Source of the DNA: Leptogorgia sarmentosa | Lineage: Eukaryota | Direction: 5' to 3' | Length of the DNA stretch: 64,000 nt | NCBI GenBank assembly: GCA_964658305.1 | Contig: OZ210885.1 | Location: forward strand, 8,804,001-8,868,000 | Shown here: positions 11,990-26,000 of the stretch, piece by piece | Position numbering within the stretch: the stretch's first letter is position 1 | Layout: each line of letters begins with the position of its first letter | The notes under the pieces: generated by a model | What the model saw: only the letters and a program-made list of their open reading frames with translations | What the model was told of the DNA's origin: nothing | The model's database searches: none | Position numbers and translations under genes: made by a program

Positions 11990-12441
11990 AATTTTCGTTG
12001 TTCATGGCTGTATTCGTTTATTGAACTGATATAAGTTTCACAAGTTGAAGGCTTTGAACCAAAGATGGAAAAACTCGTAATTATATCCATGATTGAACAA
12101 GAATAAAATTGATATTTTATGGTATCATCCTCCTTTGCCCAAAACTATTTGATTCCCACAAACCATTTCATGATGGACAGACTTTTTGCATTGGTTTCCA
12201 TAATTTTTCAATCGTTTCTAATTTCCTTCGTTAAAGAACTTCTATAACACAGTATCGCTTTTGTAACTAAAATAAGAAATTCACCTTCGCATCAATTGTT
12301 CTTCCTCGATTATTTCTTTCACTACCTTATACAATGTTTTAATTTGCATGCTTGATAAAGGCTCTGCCGAGATATTACATTAATCCCAGATTTTTCTTCG
12401 TCAGTACAAAGCACATTAGAGAACTTTTTGATATCATGAAT

Positions 12442-12513
12442 GGCTTGCTGGTCTAGTGGTATGATTCTCGCTTTGGGTGCGAGAGGTCACCGGTTCGATT
12501 CCCGTGCAAGCCC
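12442..12513 (+). tRNA. tRNA-Pro(TGG)
   Basis: GGCTTGC/GCAAGCC acceptor stem, CTCGC-TT-TGG-GT-GCGAG anticodon arm, one T-stem mismatch, TTTT downstream. Confidence 0.88.
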
Positions 12514-12621
12514 TTTTAATTATAAACCAAGACGTTCTCTTTTTTGAAAGCTTGCAAAACCCCGCGCAAAAGATTCGATAACATTTACCGTCACGCCATC
12601 TGAATAACATCACACCAAACA

Positions 12622-12695
12622 TGTCCCTGGTTGGACTCGAACCAAAAACCTTTCGGTTAACAGCCGAACGCGCTAAACGATTGCGCCACAAAGAG
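12622..12695 (-). tRNA. tRNA-Asn(GTT), degenerate (likely pseudogene)
   Basis: Reverse complement contains GCGCGTTCGGCTGTTAACCGAAAGG. Mismatches in the acceptor stem, D-loop and T-stem. Confidence 0.8.
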
Positions 12696-12862
12696 TGATA
12701 CCATTGAAAAGCTTCGGAAAAGAAATATAAAAATAATGGATATTATTTTGGTCGAAATCTGTTTTTTGGCCAAGGCCACATCCAACGGCAATAATAAACG
12801 CAACTTCAACGGTGACGATGTCCGCAATGGTGATTACAATACTTTTTGGTGTTTGAAACAGA

Positions 12863-12934
12863 TGCCGTGACCAGGATTCGAATCTGGGTTATTTCGGCCA
12901 CAACGCAAGGTACTAACCACTATACGATCACAGC
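12863..12934 (-). tRNA. tRNA-His(GTG), degenerate (likely pseudogene)
   Basis: Reverse complement GCTGTGATCGTATAGTGGTTAGTACCTTGCGTTGTGGCCG...GGTCACGGCA, with stem mismatches. Confidence 0.8.
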
Positions 12935-13528
12935 GATATTAATCCCATATTTTTCTTGCTCAGTACGAAGTACATTACAGAATTTTTCGATACCATCAAT
13001 GATACCGTCACGACGCCTGAATAATCACCAAACACGTCCCTGGTTCGGTGGAGCAAAAGCTCCTCCTTTGTGAAAGGTTGCGAAGATGCATACGCAGAAA
13101 TCACGCAATAGTATAATAGCTCAAATGAATACATAAACGTCACAAAATTGATAAAAACGCATCTTGATAACGGCAAAGGAAAAAGTAAAAAATGATATAA
13201 TTCCTTTTTCTAGGCGGTTCACGAAATGTCAAGATCGGGACCATTCCTGACCTTTAATTTTTCCATTTTATATTCTTTATAATTATAACCCGAAATGTTT
13301 GATGTGTGACAGCTGTAAGCTGAACTTAATGCATGGGCTTACACTCAAGTGAGATCAGCTTTAACTCGTCGCCGAATGTCGGTAGCTGGGTATGCGTGCG
13401 ATAGAATTGTATCCGCATTCGCATTATATCTGCTTTCCAACAACTGATCCCCCAGATGAATAAACTGACATTGCAAAAGTCCGAGGATATTTCTACTTTT
13501 GGACAGTATGGCAATACTGTCCAATTAC

Positions 13529-14043
13529 CACCCGTTAAACAAAGACCTCAACGGGTAGTACCCGATATTTCTCAATTGAGAACATGGGTAGTGCCCACCC
13601 TGGACTATCGTCTAAGTAGCCTGGCCTGGTAAATTATGAACAGTGATTGCCCGGGTCTATAATCATATGCATTTAGCCAGGCCAGAGTGGTGAACAGCGA
13701 GTTCGATTTAGCTCAAGTGGTAAGGCACGCGGTGCGTGCGTTGCAGTTCTATAGTTCAAGCCCCGGTTCGACACATTTTTTCTGCGTTAGTGATGAAAAC
13801 TTTTTTTTCCTCAATATTATTCTGACCACAATGGTCAGGGTTAGGATTCTAGGGTTTGGGTTGGGATTAAGGAAATTCTTAGTATATAGAAAAATGGTTT
13901 ATATCTAACACTATACAACTATATCAAGAGTAATACTGAAACGCCGATCAGCAAGCTTAGGCGATAGTCCAGCGTGGGCATTACCCGTGTTCTCAATTGA
14001 GAAATATTGGGTACTACCCGTTGAGGTCTTTGTTCAACGGCTG
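13529..14043 (+). mobile_element. MITE family A, copy 1 (long TIRs, CA...TG ends, 7-bp TSD; possibly P-element superfamily)
   Basis: ~85-bp imperfect TIRs and TSD CAATTAC (13522-13528 / 14044-14050). Internal tRNA-like A/B boxes and GGGTTAGG-like repeats. Confidence 0.88.
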
Positions 14044-17017
14044 CAATTACTCCCAATATGATAACTACGTTGCTAATTCTCAAAAGCATTTTAACGGGTT
14101 TTGATTAATGAGTTATATTAAAAGCATAACTCTTATTTATCCCCAGCTTTGAATGTTTAATAAAAGAAATCCTATCCATTTTTGTATGTGACGTTTCACA
14201 ATGTACAATGCAGTTAACTGAATTAATGTTGTTCTCTGAAAGCCAAAGGTTAAAATTCAAAACTAAGAGCTTCGAGCTCCAAAGTAATACTGAAGTATTT
14301 TTATTTCGTGTTTATTAACAATTTTAACTTAGGTAGCTAAGCTAGGTTATGGAATATTGTATTTCAAGATTCCTAGCTATTTGAGCTATGATTTCGAAGT
14401 TTTGAAGTTTAGAGTTTTAACGTTCACGTGAAAACCTCAGTTGAATTAGCTGTGTAAATATGAAGCCCAGGCCAGGATAGACAGCTTGTCTTTTGGATTA
14501 ACAAAATCCATGCATGGATTAAATGCATGGATTAAAAAATGACAAATTTTAATTAAAAAAATCTTTCATCCATGTAAAACAAACATGTTGTGAGTCAATA
14601 CGCGTCTAATATTACAATTACGTGAATTTTAAAGATGGGGAAACTATTAATTTTACCTGACAGGTAATGCGTACACGGAAGTAAGTTTGTGCAAGCATTG
14701 GTTTATTGAAGTTGTTATCACAGAAGCAGGCCGTTCGAAACTCACTCATAATTCGCTCATCGTATTCACTTACATACTGTGGGCAAAGAAATCGTGCGTT
14801 AATCTTCACTTGCGCAGTTTGTGGACTATACATAGGGTACTCGACAGTACGCAAAGGTTAGTTACGGAAAAAAAAATTAATTAGCATTGGCGAATTAATT
14901 TTGTGAATCCTCAGATTAAAAGTAATTTCTCTATCTCAAATCTGCATGGGGACTCAATAAAGGATACTAAAGGAGATAATAATAATAAATACTCACTTAC
15001 AAAACATGGACCAACAGCTGCGATTTTGAGAAAGTCGCTAAAGATGCGACGGATTCAGAAACGCTGAACTAATTTTTGGTGCTGAATTGTTGAGTTTGTT
15101 TTTCACGTGTTCATGAAGTTTGAGCTCCTCCTTGGATTGAGGTTGGGTTGAGTTTACCGTTCTTGTTTACGGTATACAGATATTCTTTATCCTGGATGGG
15201 AATTGTTGTGTTACATGTGGTATGATTTGACTGAAGTTGCTATGTCCCAATGCACATTCGGTGCTTCTTCCTGAATAGTTTCCTTTGTCAGATTTAAAGA
15301 CTGACATTCGGCTATTAATGGATGTAGATATAGGTTCTACGATATCCTGGAGTTGGTAATTTGATTTCTTGATGTGTTTAAATACGTATGAATGTAGGCA
15401 TAGGCTATATAATGGAATGTCAGTGAGCTTTCTATTTACGGTATTATCCTTTGGTATAGTAAGTTGGAAAGTGACATGTTTGGAGTGTCTATCACAAATA
15501 AATTTGTCTACACTGTAGACATTAGTAAGCTAAACAAGCCTAACTGTTCGAATAATGCTTTATGGGAACCAGTTTTTTAATTAACTTGTCCATTGTTTAT
15601 TCTAGGGGCTTCCTTGTTGAGACAGGACCGAATGACTTGTTCGCCTGTTTTGTTATGGAAATATTATACTCTGAAAAACTTTACGGCCATGCAGGGCATA
15701 ACGTGCAGTTCTGTTAATAGGAGATGCTTATCTTATTACGAAAAAAAAAAGTAAATCAAATGCACTGCTACTTCATTGCCATGTACTTGATTTCACAGAC
15801 GGGGAATGTTTCAGCTGATAGCATTGCATTCCCGTAATTGAATGAATTATCTGAAGGACATCAATTTATGATGCTTTCCGTTTCAAATGAGTTGGGGATT
15901 ATGAGATTAGCAAACGAAATGTAACTAAAAAAGCACTCTTTCTCCTTTCATAGTAACTATTCATACAAACACTCATACAAACAGGCAAATACATATTAAT
16001 TAATTTCAAAAAATGCAAATACATTATCACGAAGTTGATCTTTACAAAACTTTACTAAAATTTAAGAGAATTGGATAGTGCAGCACATTTAATTCAGTAT
16101 TGAAGTCAAGTTTTCAAAATAATTCGTAGCTTTGGGGGGGGGGGGGGGGAGGCATTTTCGCGGCATTATCTTTCGGGCTACAGTATTAATCAAATCGGCA
16201 ATTTTGGCTGTGGCGCTTTTATGGGCATTGAAAGTGATGTTTTTTCTAATGTTTTGTTGTGTATCAATAAACAACACTTCCACAGAACATCTAAATATAT
16301 ATATCATCGCCAGAAATTGGGGCATTGGAATCCCGATACATCCCTCAATTGTATACCCCCATTATCCCTATCTATCCCTGAACTAGGATAGATAGGGATA
16401 ATTTACCGCAAGGAAATTGCTGCTTCGGTTGACAGATTAAACGAGAAAATTACTGAATTTAGAGAATATATTTAACACGATAGAGACATGAGGGCATTCA
16501 CGCGGGTTGCGTGGATTACGCGGGAAATTAAAAAACAAATTGAGTCTTTGAATGAATGCAATTAAACTCGATAAAATTTATCTTTTTATTGTTCATGTAA
16601 TAAATGGATGACCATATAGTTTTTTATAAAATTTCAATATCCGAGTGAACCGGGAGACTGGGGACAACGTATGCGTTCGTTCCAATGTCCGCCATTTCTA
16701 GCGATGTCTCTAATAAAGAATTATAAAGAAGGCATACATTCTAACAGTGTAACGGTCAAAATATTTGCTAAACGCTCATTTTTAAAATTTATCACTATGA
16801 AACTTGAAACTACGAAGAAAGTCAAAACTGTAATCGAAACATACGTTCCTTCGAAAGGAATCCAGAAATTACGTCAATTACACCAGGGTATTTTCTTATG
16901 CCAAATTGAGCTCAACTTGGAATCACAAAACCTTGTTCTTACTACCCATTTCGTGATGCTATGATAATCATATCCAGATTAGACCAGATATAATCGTATT
17001 TTCTGCTTTCTTTCTAG

Positions 17018-20000
17018 ATGTTTACATTTCTAATCGCCATGTTTGCTGCGCTCGTTGTTTTAAACAATGCAAGTAAGATGTTGTATAAGTAATTTTGAAA
17101 AACCGCCTTTTTATATCCATGTCATTTTATTTACCCTTTTTTACCCTGTTCTCCAAAAAAGTAACTTGATTGGGTAAAACAGTGGAAAGACGAGAAGCAC
17201 ACTTGTTAAAGCAACTGAAAAAGACAAAGAACTTCTCTACGTAACTTTGTGTAAAATGATTTATAATCGAGTTTTAAGCATAAAATAGACAGAAAGAGTG
17301 AGAAAGGGAAAGTTGGCATGTTGCTCACCATTCTATAGAAACGGGTCTTCACTAGATCATGGTTAACATACGTACATAATCGCGACTGCTGTACACTGGG
17401 GTCAGCGGTGTGTCGCAAGAACAATTATAGTCAAATAGCGCGCGCTTGTGCGGGAATATTTAAATGCCAATTGCCAAGCAGGCAAAAATCGATAATAGCG
17501 ATGCAAAATGGCTTCTTTACAGTTGGATAACGAAAACGTTGTAGATGACCAGATGTCATGATGTAATTAGAATGAACAGGTAGTTTGTGAGTTTTAAATT
17601 CACTAACTTAGTCGTTATATGACGCTTTTGACGCTTCTAGTTCGAAAAACACCGCTGACGTGAATGTACAGCAGTCGCGAATATGTACGTATGTTAAGCA
17701 TGATCTAGTGCCGACCATAGAATCACGCATGTAATGAAAATTTACCAACTACTAGCCGAAACAACAGTCATTCTTCGCAAAAAGAAGAGAAAAATGTGGG
17801 TTGTAAGGCGAAAGAAATCCTTTAGTCATTTTGTACAATCAATTTATCAACACTCACCTTTGGTTAACGTGCTTGCATGATTCCTATTCCAAGTTGTAAG
17901 TTTCTATAATTTTCATGCAGTTGTAAAGGCCACAGGTGTTCACAGGTGGCCGGTGATTCTGCTGCGATTTCAGGAGCGATTTTCTTCTTGTGAATGATGT
18001 GAAGGAGTAGATTTCTTATCAATGTTGTTATGAGTTTCCATTATTTGGAACATTTATTTCTCATCAACTCCTTCGCACTGTTCAAAATGAGAAATTCGCA
18101 GCAAAATATCTCCGGTGTAAACGGGCCTTTAGGTTCCACATTCACTGCGTATCTGATTTCACTGACTAGTATAAGCAATTCATTTTCGTCTCTATTTTGA
18201 ATCCTCGACAAATTTTGGGAATACTTCAACACCAGATAACCCAAGTAAAATAGGTAAATTTTTTGTTTTTCTCCGAATTTTCCTTCGTGCTTTTTAAAAT
18301 CCTCGCGTTTGGAGATTTTTTAAGCGCTGTATTGTCATTGTGGCGATTCCATCATCCTCAAATGAGTTTTGAGATAATCGTTTTCAAATTTCAGGTGAAC
18401 TAGAGTATATTGTTTATGCGAATGCTACTCATGTTATGTATGTGCCATCAAGTGGTGGGGCAAGTACTGTCATCCGCTCGGCAATCAATTCGAAGTTGGG
18501 TTACGATGTTAGCACAAGAAGACTCTACGTTTTCGATGAAGTGACAACGGCGTTGCAATCAATGAAGCTGGATGGTTCTGATATCCAGAATTTGTTTAGA
18601 ATTGGTGGAGGCGTAAAACGATTCACTGTTGATGATGAGAACAAAAAAATCTACTTTGTCTCCGCAGCAACTGATTACAGCAACTCGAGAAACTTTGATG
18701 GAACAGGTCTAACGGAATTGCTCACTGACGGAAACGAAGATCTGACCGATATTCAAGTGGATCCTATGATGCAGTAAGTATTGCAAATATAAAGAAATTT
18801 TTCATGAAATTTTAATTTTGTGCTAAATTAGTATAGGAAATTACACGGTTCGAGAAGTATTAATGAAAAATTGCACGCGTGAAGAGCAAGTGTAATTTCG
18901 TTATTAATATCATTGTAGTACACGTCCACTAACCTTTTTTGTCCAAAGTTGACAATAAATGACAAAAAAACAAGAATTTTGGCGTTGATTTAATCGTTTA
19001 TTTATTTGTTTTTATAATGTATCGCGGGCTCGAAACCGTGCAATTAAGTTTAATTTGCATACTGTGCAAATTAAAGATTAATTTGCACAGTTGTTGAAGC
19101 TTTTTAGCCAATCAGCGTCCAGGAAATTGACAACAATGATATTATGTGTGGAATTGAGCGCATTGTTTGTTGCATCCATTTGTCCCCAATAGCCCTTTTA
19201 TGTTCTTCATTGAGCATAAAACATCAAGATGTATTCTACCTGGTGTAACTCGCAAGTGTATAATGAATAAAATATAAAAATCAATAGATATAATTAAAAA
19301 TGTATATTTCAAAATGTAAAACAAAATGTAGAATGTGTTGGAAAGTTTGTCATAACCGTTATCACCAGGCTGTTATTCTTTGCTGCCGATGACACCTCCG
19401 AGAGAGATTTGGTTGTTTATAATATTACCAGTGGAGAAGTGAGGACGTTGTTTAACGCTAACAGCTCATCTATCAGGTTAACACTGGATCGTCGCAACCG
19501 GATCATTTACTGGATCAGTTATAACCCTGATAAAACTTTGATGTTACGAAAGACGGATTACAATGGTAATACGACGGTTAATAACAGCAGTTCATTTGGA
19601 CAATCTGGGCGACCGGCAATTACGCAAATTGGAAATTACTATTATGTACTTGATTCAACTCAATCTGTCGTTCGTAAGTTTGACAAAGCAACCGATACAA
19701 TTGTTCAAAACTTCATAGTTTTTGCGGGAGCGAAAGAAATAATTGGCACAAATGGTAAGATTATTCCACCTGTACTGTGTGTGTGTATGTAAATAGTATA
19801 CCTTTTCTAAAGGATTGCTGTCAGAAAAAAAGCTGCTCTTACCAAGCCATGCGACTTGAACGGCTTGTAAATTTTGTATTTTAGTGAACCAGTGCCGGTG
19901 ATAAAATCAATGAACCCATTTGCATGTGGTAGTGATAAATGTAGTGCTGACATTAATCAGTGATTACGGAGAATTTGGCAGCATGGGCTTTTTACCAGAG

Positions 20001-23000
20001 TGCATTTCTGGCATCAAGCAAAACTTTACTGATGACGCAAAATTTTAACAGTTCCTCTATTGCCCCTACACTGTTAAAAAAACAGTGTATAAAAGAAGAA
20101 AGCTATTTCTAAAACGATTTCAGGCCGCAAAATATTTTGAAAAAATGTATACACAACTATACAAACCCTCTATTCTTCAGCTGTAGTATAATTACTTTTC
20201 CGTGCATAGTTTGCGAAGTTTTGTTTTTTTGCATTTATAGACATTGACGAATGTGCAAATGGTCATGATTGCCACTTGAATGCTACATGTACTAATACTA
20301 TTGGTTCGTATACTTGTTCTTGTAATAGCGGTTTTTCAGGAAATGGAACTGTCTGTGAAGGTATGTGTTAGTGATGGCTTTCTGCAATGTTGTAAAATGT
20401 ATATGTTTAGAGATTTTCATTTCTATACGCAGCAGATATGAACCTCCCAGCGTGGATATCTACTTTCAGTCGTACTAACCTATCCAGCTGCGTGGGCGAA
20501 ACAGCCTTTAGGACGTCAGTTTGAAAAATGAGACGATTGCTTTGTTGGATTAAAAATAGATTGACTGCTAATTAATCTTCTGCCAACTTTGGGTATTGTA
20601 AGTGCGGTGTGAAAAAATTGCACTACACAATCAATATAATTTCATTATTTACAGGAAACTAAATTTTGAACATTTTAAATCTTTTAATCGTTTAACGTTA
20701 TTTTGATTCCTTTAGATCCGAAGTGTTACATAGACTCAATATACTTGGCTACTGCTTCTGAAATTTATGAATGCAAAACTGGAATATGATAAATTGACTA
20801 AAGGAATGCTGTATTTCACTGACGATGGCAATATTTTATACACTATGAAATTGGATGGAAATAATCAAACAGTAATTTCATCGGGCATCGACATTGATGC
20901 TTTTACCATTGATCATACAGCGAGGTACATTTATTACAAAAGTGTGGTTAACAACGATTTGAAGAGATTTCCAATATCAGACAGCTCAGACATTTCCAAT
21001 ATCATCCCTGAGGCTACTGGCGTAAGAGATCTTGATTTTGATGCAGTCTCTCGGTACGTTTCACTTTGTCATTTTGCACTAATTGAAACTTCAATTGGTG
21101 TAAAGTTATGCTTTCTGGTCAATATTGCTCTTTTGAGAAAAAAACATTATTGTATTATGTCCATCGCGATAAGAGCAATAAATAACGTATGTATTTAGTT
21201 GCGGAAATAGACTGGACGAATCTAGTATTACTACAAATCTTATAATTATACATTCCTAAATTATTCTTTAATCAGTTTGATTTGTGAACCATAAATAGCT
21301 ATATAGGTTCAAGTAATCAACATAATTTACATATAAACTAGTGAGATTTATAATAATTTTTTGTTTAAGAATTCCAATGAAGATTCCATTTATTTATTAT
21401 TATTATCATAGTGTTTTTGTATTGTCAACCATATAGCTACTGTAGTATTCAAGCCGTTGAACAAAGACCTCAACGGGTAGTACCCAATATTTCTCAATTG
21501 AGAACACGGGTAATGCCCACGCTACGCTATCGCCTGAGATTGCTGGTCGGCGTTTCAGTATTACTGTTGATATAGTTATATTAGTGTTAGATATAAACCA
21601 TTTTTCTATATAATAAGAATTTCCTTAATCCCAACCCAAACCCTAGAATCCTAACACTGACTGGTGGAAAAAATATCGAGAAAAAAATGTTTTAATCACT
21701 AATTCTGAAAAAATGTGTCGAACTGGGGATTGAACTATCAAACTGCAACGCACGCACCGCGTGCCTTACCACTTGAGCTAAATCCAGCTCGCTGTTCACC
21801 ACTCTGGCCTGGCTAAATGCATATGATTATAGACCCGGGCAATCACTGTTCATAATTTACCAGGCCAGGCTACTTAGACGATAGTCCAGCGTGGGCATTA
21901 CCCATGTTCTCAATTGAGAAATATCGCATGAGGTCTTTGTTTAACGGGTGAGTATTCAAGCTATTCGTTTTACATAACTTCTGGATCCCTTAAAATGCAA
22001 TCAGATTTCCTTTATAATTTTCTTTATCCCTTCCGCGATAATATCAACGATTTTTTTGATGTTGTCTTACAGCGTGTTATATTTTTCCAACTCTGACAAT
22101 CATGGCGATATTGGACGATACAATCTCTCTACGGCATCAGAATTTGTTCCAGCTGGTGGTTTTCCTGGAGACGTTAGTGTCGATGAGGCTAAGGAAGTGG
22201 TTTATTGGACGAATTACATAAGTGGTAGCGATACTTACGAAGTGATGAAGACATATTACAATCAAACAACAGTCCAATTAACAGAATACGCTGGACCAAT
22301 AGCTGCCATTAAACTTGCCCAAGGCGAAAGATACCTGTATGTTCTCAATCCAACTAGTGCTGAACTTGACATAATTGACAAAGAAAGTGAAGAGGTTTTG
22401 GAAACATACAGCATCAGGACAGGCACAAGTGCAGTTGCTGCTGCTGATGGTAAGTTTGTTTTCCCCACGTGTATTATGGCGAATTTTGCAATGTTTATAA
22501 ACGTTTATTTTTATTTTATGCAAGATGTGGATGAATGTTGCCTCGGTGGTTACTGTCATGTGTATGCCACGTGTACAAATAAGCCCGGGGGATATGATTG
22601 CCAGTGTAAATCTGGATTAACAGGAAATGGAACATATTGTGAAGGTTTGTGTTTCACATTGAGCATGAGTTGAATTGGACCATGTTTTTCGCAGTTATCA
22701 TGTCAGTAGTTCATATAGCATTCTCATTGGCTGGTTTCCTTAAAGACCTTTGTGATTACCGCTGGGATGGATACACCTTGTAGGAAGTGATATTTTTATT
22801 GGCAAAACGTCTTCGAGACAAAGGAATTATGTATGATGAGTGAACTGTGTAAAGCAAATATATTTTCAGCCATGCCTACGATGTCAAACAATCCTAGTAG
22901 CTTGAGGTGAATTTTTTTAGACCAAAAGAACAAATCCATCACAAGAGCTATGTAGAAATAGCTTGTCAAAATTGGTAAAATTGCAAAATTTGGTCGTGAA

Positions 23001-26000
23001 ATGTTGTAAATGCCATGCAAAATTTGAATATGTGCAATACTTTTAGTATAGGAAATTACACGGTTCGAGAAGTATTAATGAAAAATTGCACGCGTGTTTG
23101 GCGAAATACCGCGAGTGTGAAACACGAGCGGTATTTCGCCAAACACAAGTGCAATTTTTCATTAATACTTCGAGAACAAGTGTAATTTCGTATTAATATC
23201 ATTGTAGTACACGTCCAGTAACCTTTTTTGTCCAAAGTTGAAAATAAATGACAAAAAAAACAAGAATTTTGGCGTTGATTTAAGCGTTTATATATTTGTT
23301 TTTATAATGTATCGCGGGCTCGAAACCGTGCAATTAAGTTTAATTTGCACACTGTGCAAATTAAAGTTTAATTTGCACAGTTGTTGAAGCTTTTCAGCCA
23401 ATCAGCGTCCAGGAAATTGACAACAATGATATTATGTGAGGAAATCTGCACCATTTTCAGCTCAAAGGTGGTAAAAAAATTCCCCCTATATTATTGGAAA
23501 TGTATGGAAAAAATTCCCCTGTTTTCATGCACAATATATTTTGCGCATTAATTTTAACAACATTTCGCAATGAAACAATGCACTTTTTACTAATTCTAAA
23601 ATGCACTTTCGAGATATGGTGATGGATTTTGCGGGAAAAGCCAAAAGTCGAATTGTATGTTTAAGAAAATACGCTATAGTCGTATATATTTAGCATGCGG
23701 ACAAATACTTAGTGGGCGTTGTCATTTCCAAATTATAAAACTTTGTTTAGATATCGACGAATGTCAAAATACATCTATCTGTCACCAGAATGCCACTTGC
23801 AATAACAACTTTGGATCATATACATGCACGTGCAATCAGGGCTTATCTGGGGATGGTAAAGATTCGTGTGTTGGTAAGTTTTGCTTCAAAATACTGCTCA
23901 CAAAAATCGCTGTAAATGTCAAGGCAATATACAGACAATGGCGGAATCACCGAGTACTTTAATGATCTGGGTAAATAATCTATTCTGTGATGACTAAAAT
24001 ATAGTGGAAACGTACATTAAGTACAACTACAAATTATTATATTATTCGGGAAAATTAGCAACATAATCCTACCATATAAGTGCCAGCACACATTAGCTCC
24101 CTTACTTCAATACGGCCTTCTATGCAGACGTCTAGTTTTTCTGAACTGAACGCCATCGCAATTACTTTCACTGATCAACTGAACAAAACAATGATGTCTG
24201 ACATGCATTCCATGTCGTAGACGCAAAGCATGTCAAATGCCCCTGTAGGTAGATAGTCCTGGACATTAGATTTCTTCAGTTGAGCTCGCATGTGATCTTC
24301 GCTGTAAACATTGCTCTTTTTTTTGGGTCCCAAGCATCTCAGACGTTTTCTAAAAATAACCAAACAGTCGTATTGAATGATGTGGAGATACGAGGCCATT
24401 TTAAAGGCATCTAAATTGAGCGGAAATCTCAAATTCTCTCGTTGATGTTGCAGTATGTAGCAGAATTTTAAGTTCTTGCCATGGGTTCAGTACGAGTTTG
24501 ACTTTGTGGTCCAGAACCTCGCAGAACATGGCCTTGTAGCCCGATATCCCAGACTACTGTATTTTAGTTGGCGTTAACATTGCGTTAGCGATGTTTGTTT
24601 AGATATCGACGAATGTCAAAATACATCTATCTGTCACCAGAATGCCACTTGCGATAACAACATTGGATCATATACGTGCACGTGCAATCCAGGATTATTT
24701 GGAGATGGTAAGGACTCCTGTGTTGGTAAGTTTTGTTTAAAAAAAATCTGGAAATACAATGTGATTGCATGTAGTATGATCCGATGTAAATATGGTGGCC
24801 TCCTGCATGTCCGGATGCGTCGATACAACCTTGAAGATACCAAGCGTTTTTGACGATTCAATACGGGGATATCATACACAGCCGTTGAACAAAGACCTCA
24901 CGGGTAGTACCCAATATTTCTCAATTGAGAACACGGGTAATGCCCACGCTGGGCTATCGCCTGAGATCGCTGGTCGGCGTTTCAGTATTACTCTTGATAT
25001 ATATAGTTATAGTAGTGTTAGATATAAACCATTTTTCTATATATTAATCCCAACCAAAACCCTAGAATCCTAACTCTGACCATTACGGTCAGAAAAATAT
25101 TGAGGAAAAAAAAGTTTTCATCACTAACGCTGTATAATTCTTGAATTAATGATAGGTAGAATCTCGCATGTCGGAAAGTGGATCATTTAACACGAAATGC
25201 ATACCATGTTACGGAATACACAAAAACACACTTTATAGTTCTGTTTTTCAATTGACATTCTTTTCGCCGTTATAGAACACAAGTTATGAAACACAGTTTT
25301 AGATTGCAATTCCAGTGTTCATAGATCATAAAAACAATCGATTCCAATTAACGATATTCAACAGTGGCTGCAGCTTAACCGTTCTTTCTGTAATTGCCAA
25401 TTTTAATCGCTTCAATTGAATGTTACACGTACGTGTTCCACCACTTTTAATAAAGTTCCTCTATATCGGCAACAGAAACACTCAATAGGCCCCTATTCTT
25501 ATAATATGCAAGATCAAGCGATGTTAGCTGAGAAACAAGAGTAGCTACTTGATCTAGAGAATAATTCAATATTTTTCATATACAGTTAAACCAAGTTCAT
25601 CGATCAACATCGGCATCATCATTGGAATCGTAGTCGCGGCTGTGGTTGTAGTGGCAGTAGTTATTTTCACAGTGTGTATCCTCTTTAAAAGAAAAACAGT
25701 CGGAACAAACCAGAGAAATATTGAGAATAATGAAAATACTGGTTATGACGACGTCTTGTCACCACGTATAGATCTACTGCAAATACCAGATTCCCAAAGT
25801 GGATACGAAGAACCATCGCCGTACGCACAACTTGGCAAATCGAAGAGAGTTCCTATTGCTGCAAATTATCAAAGTTTGACTGTTGAGAAACATCAAGCAC
25901 AACCACACAAAGATTTTCAACAGCATTCTACACCAAACATGAGTAGCAATGGAACTGGAAGTAGTGATTCTCCGAAAGAACTTGAATACGTGATAGTTCC

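Noticed and set aside
16361..16402. 17-bp perfect hairpin as a terminator
   Set aside because: Eukaryotic intergenic DNA; more likely a transposon remnant, no function supportable.
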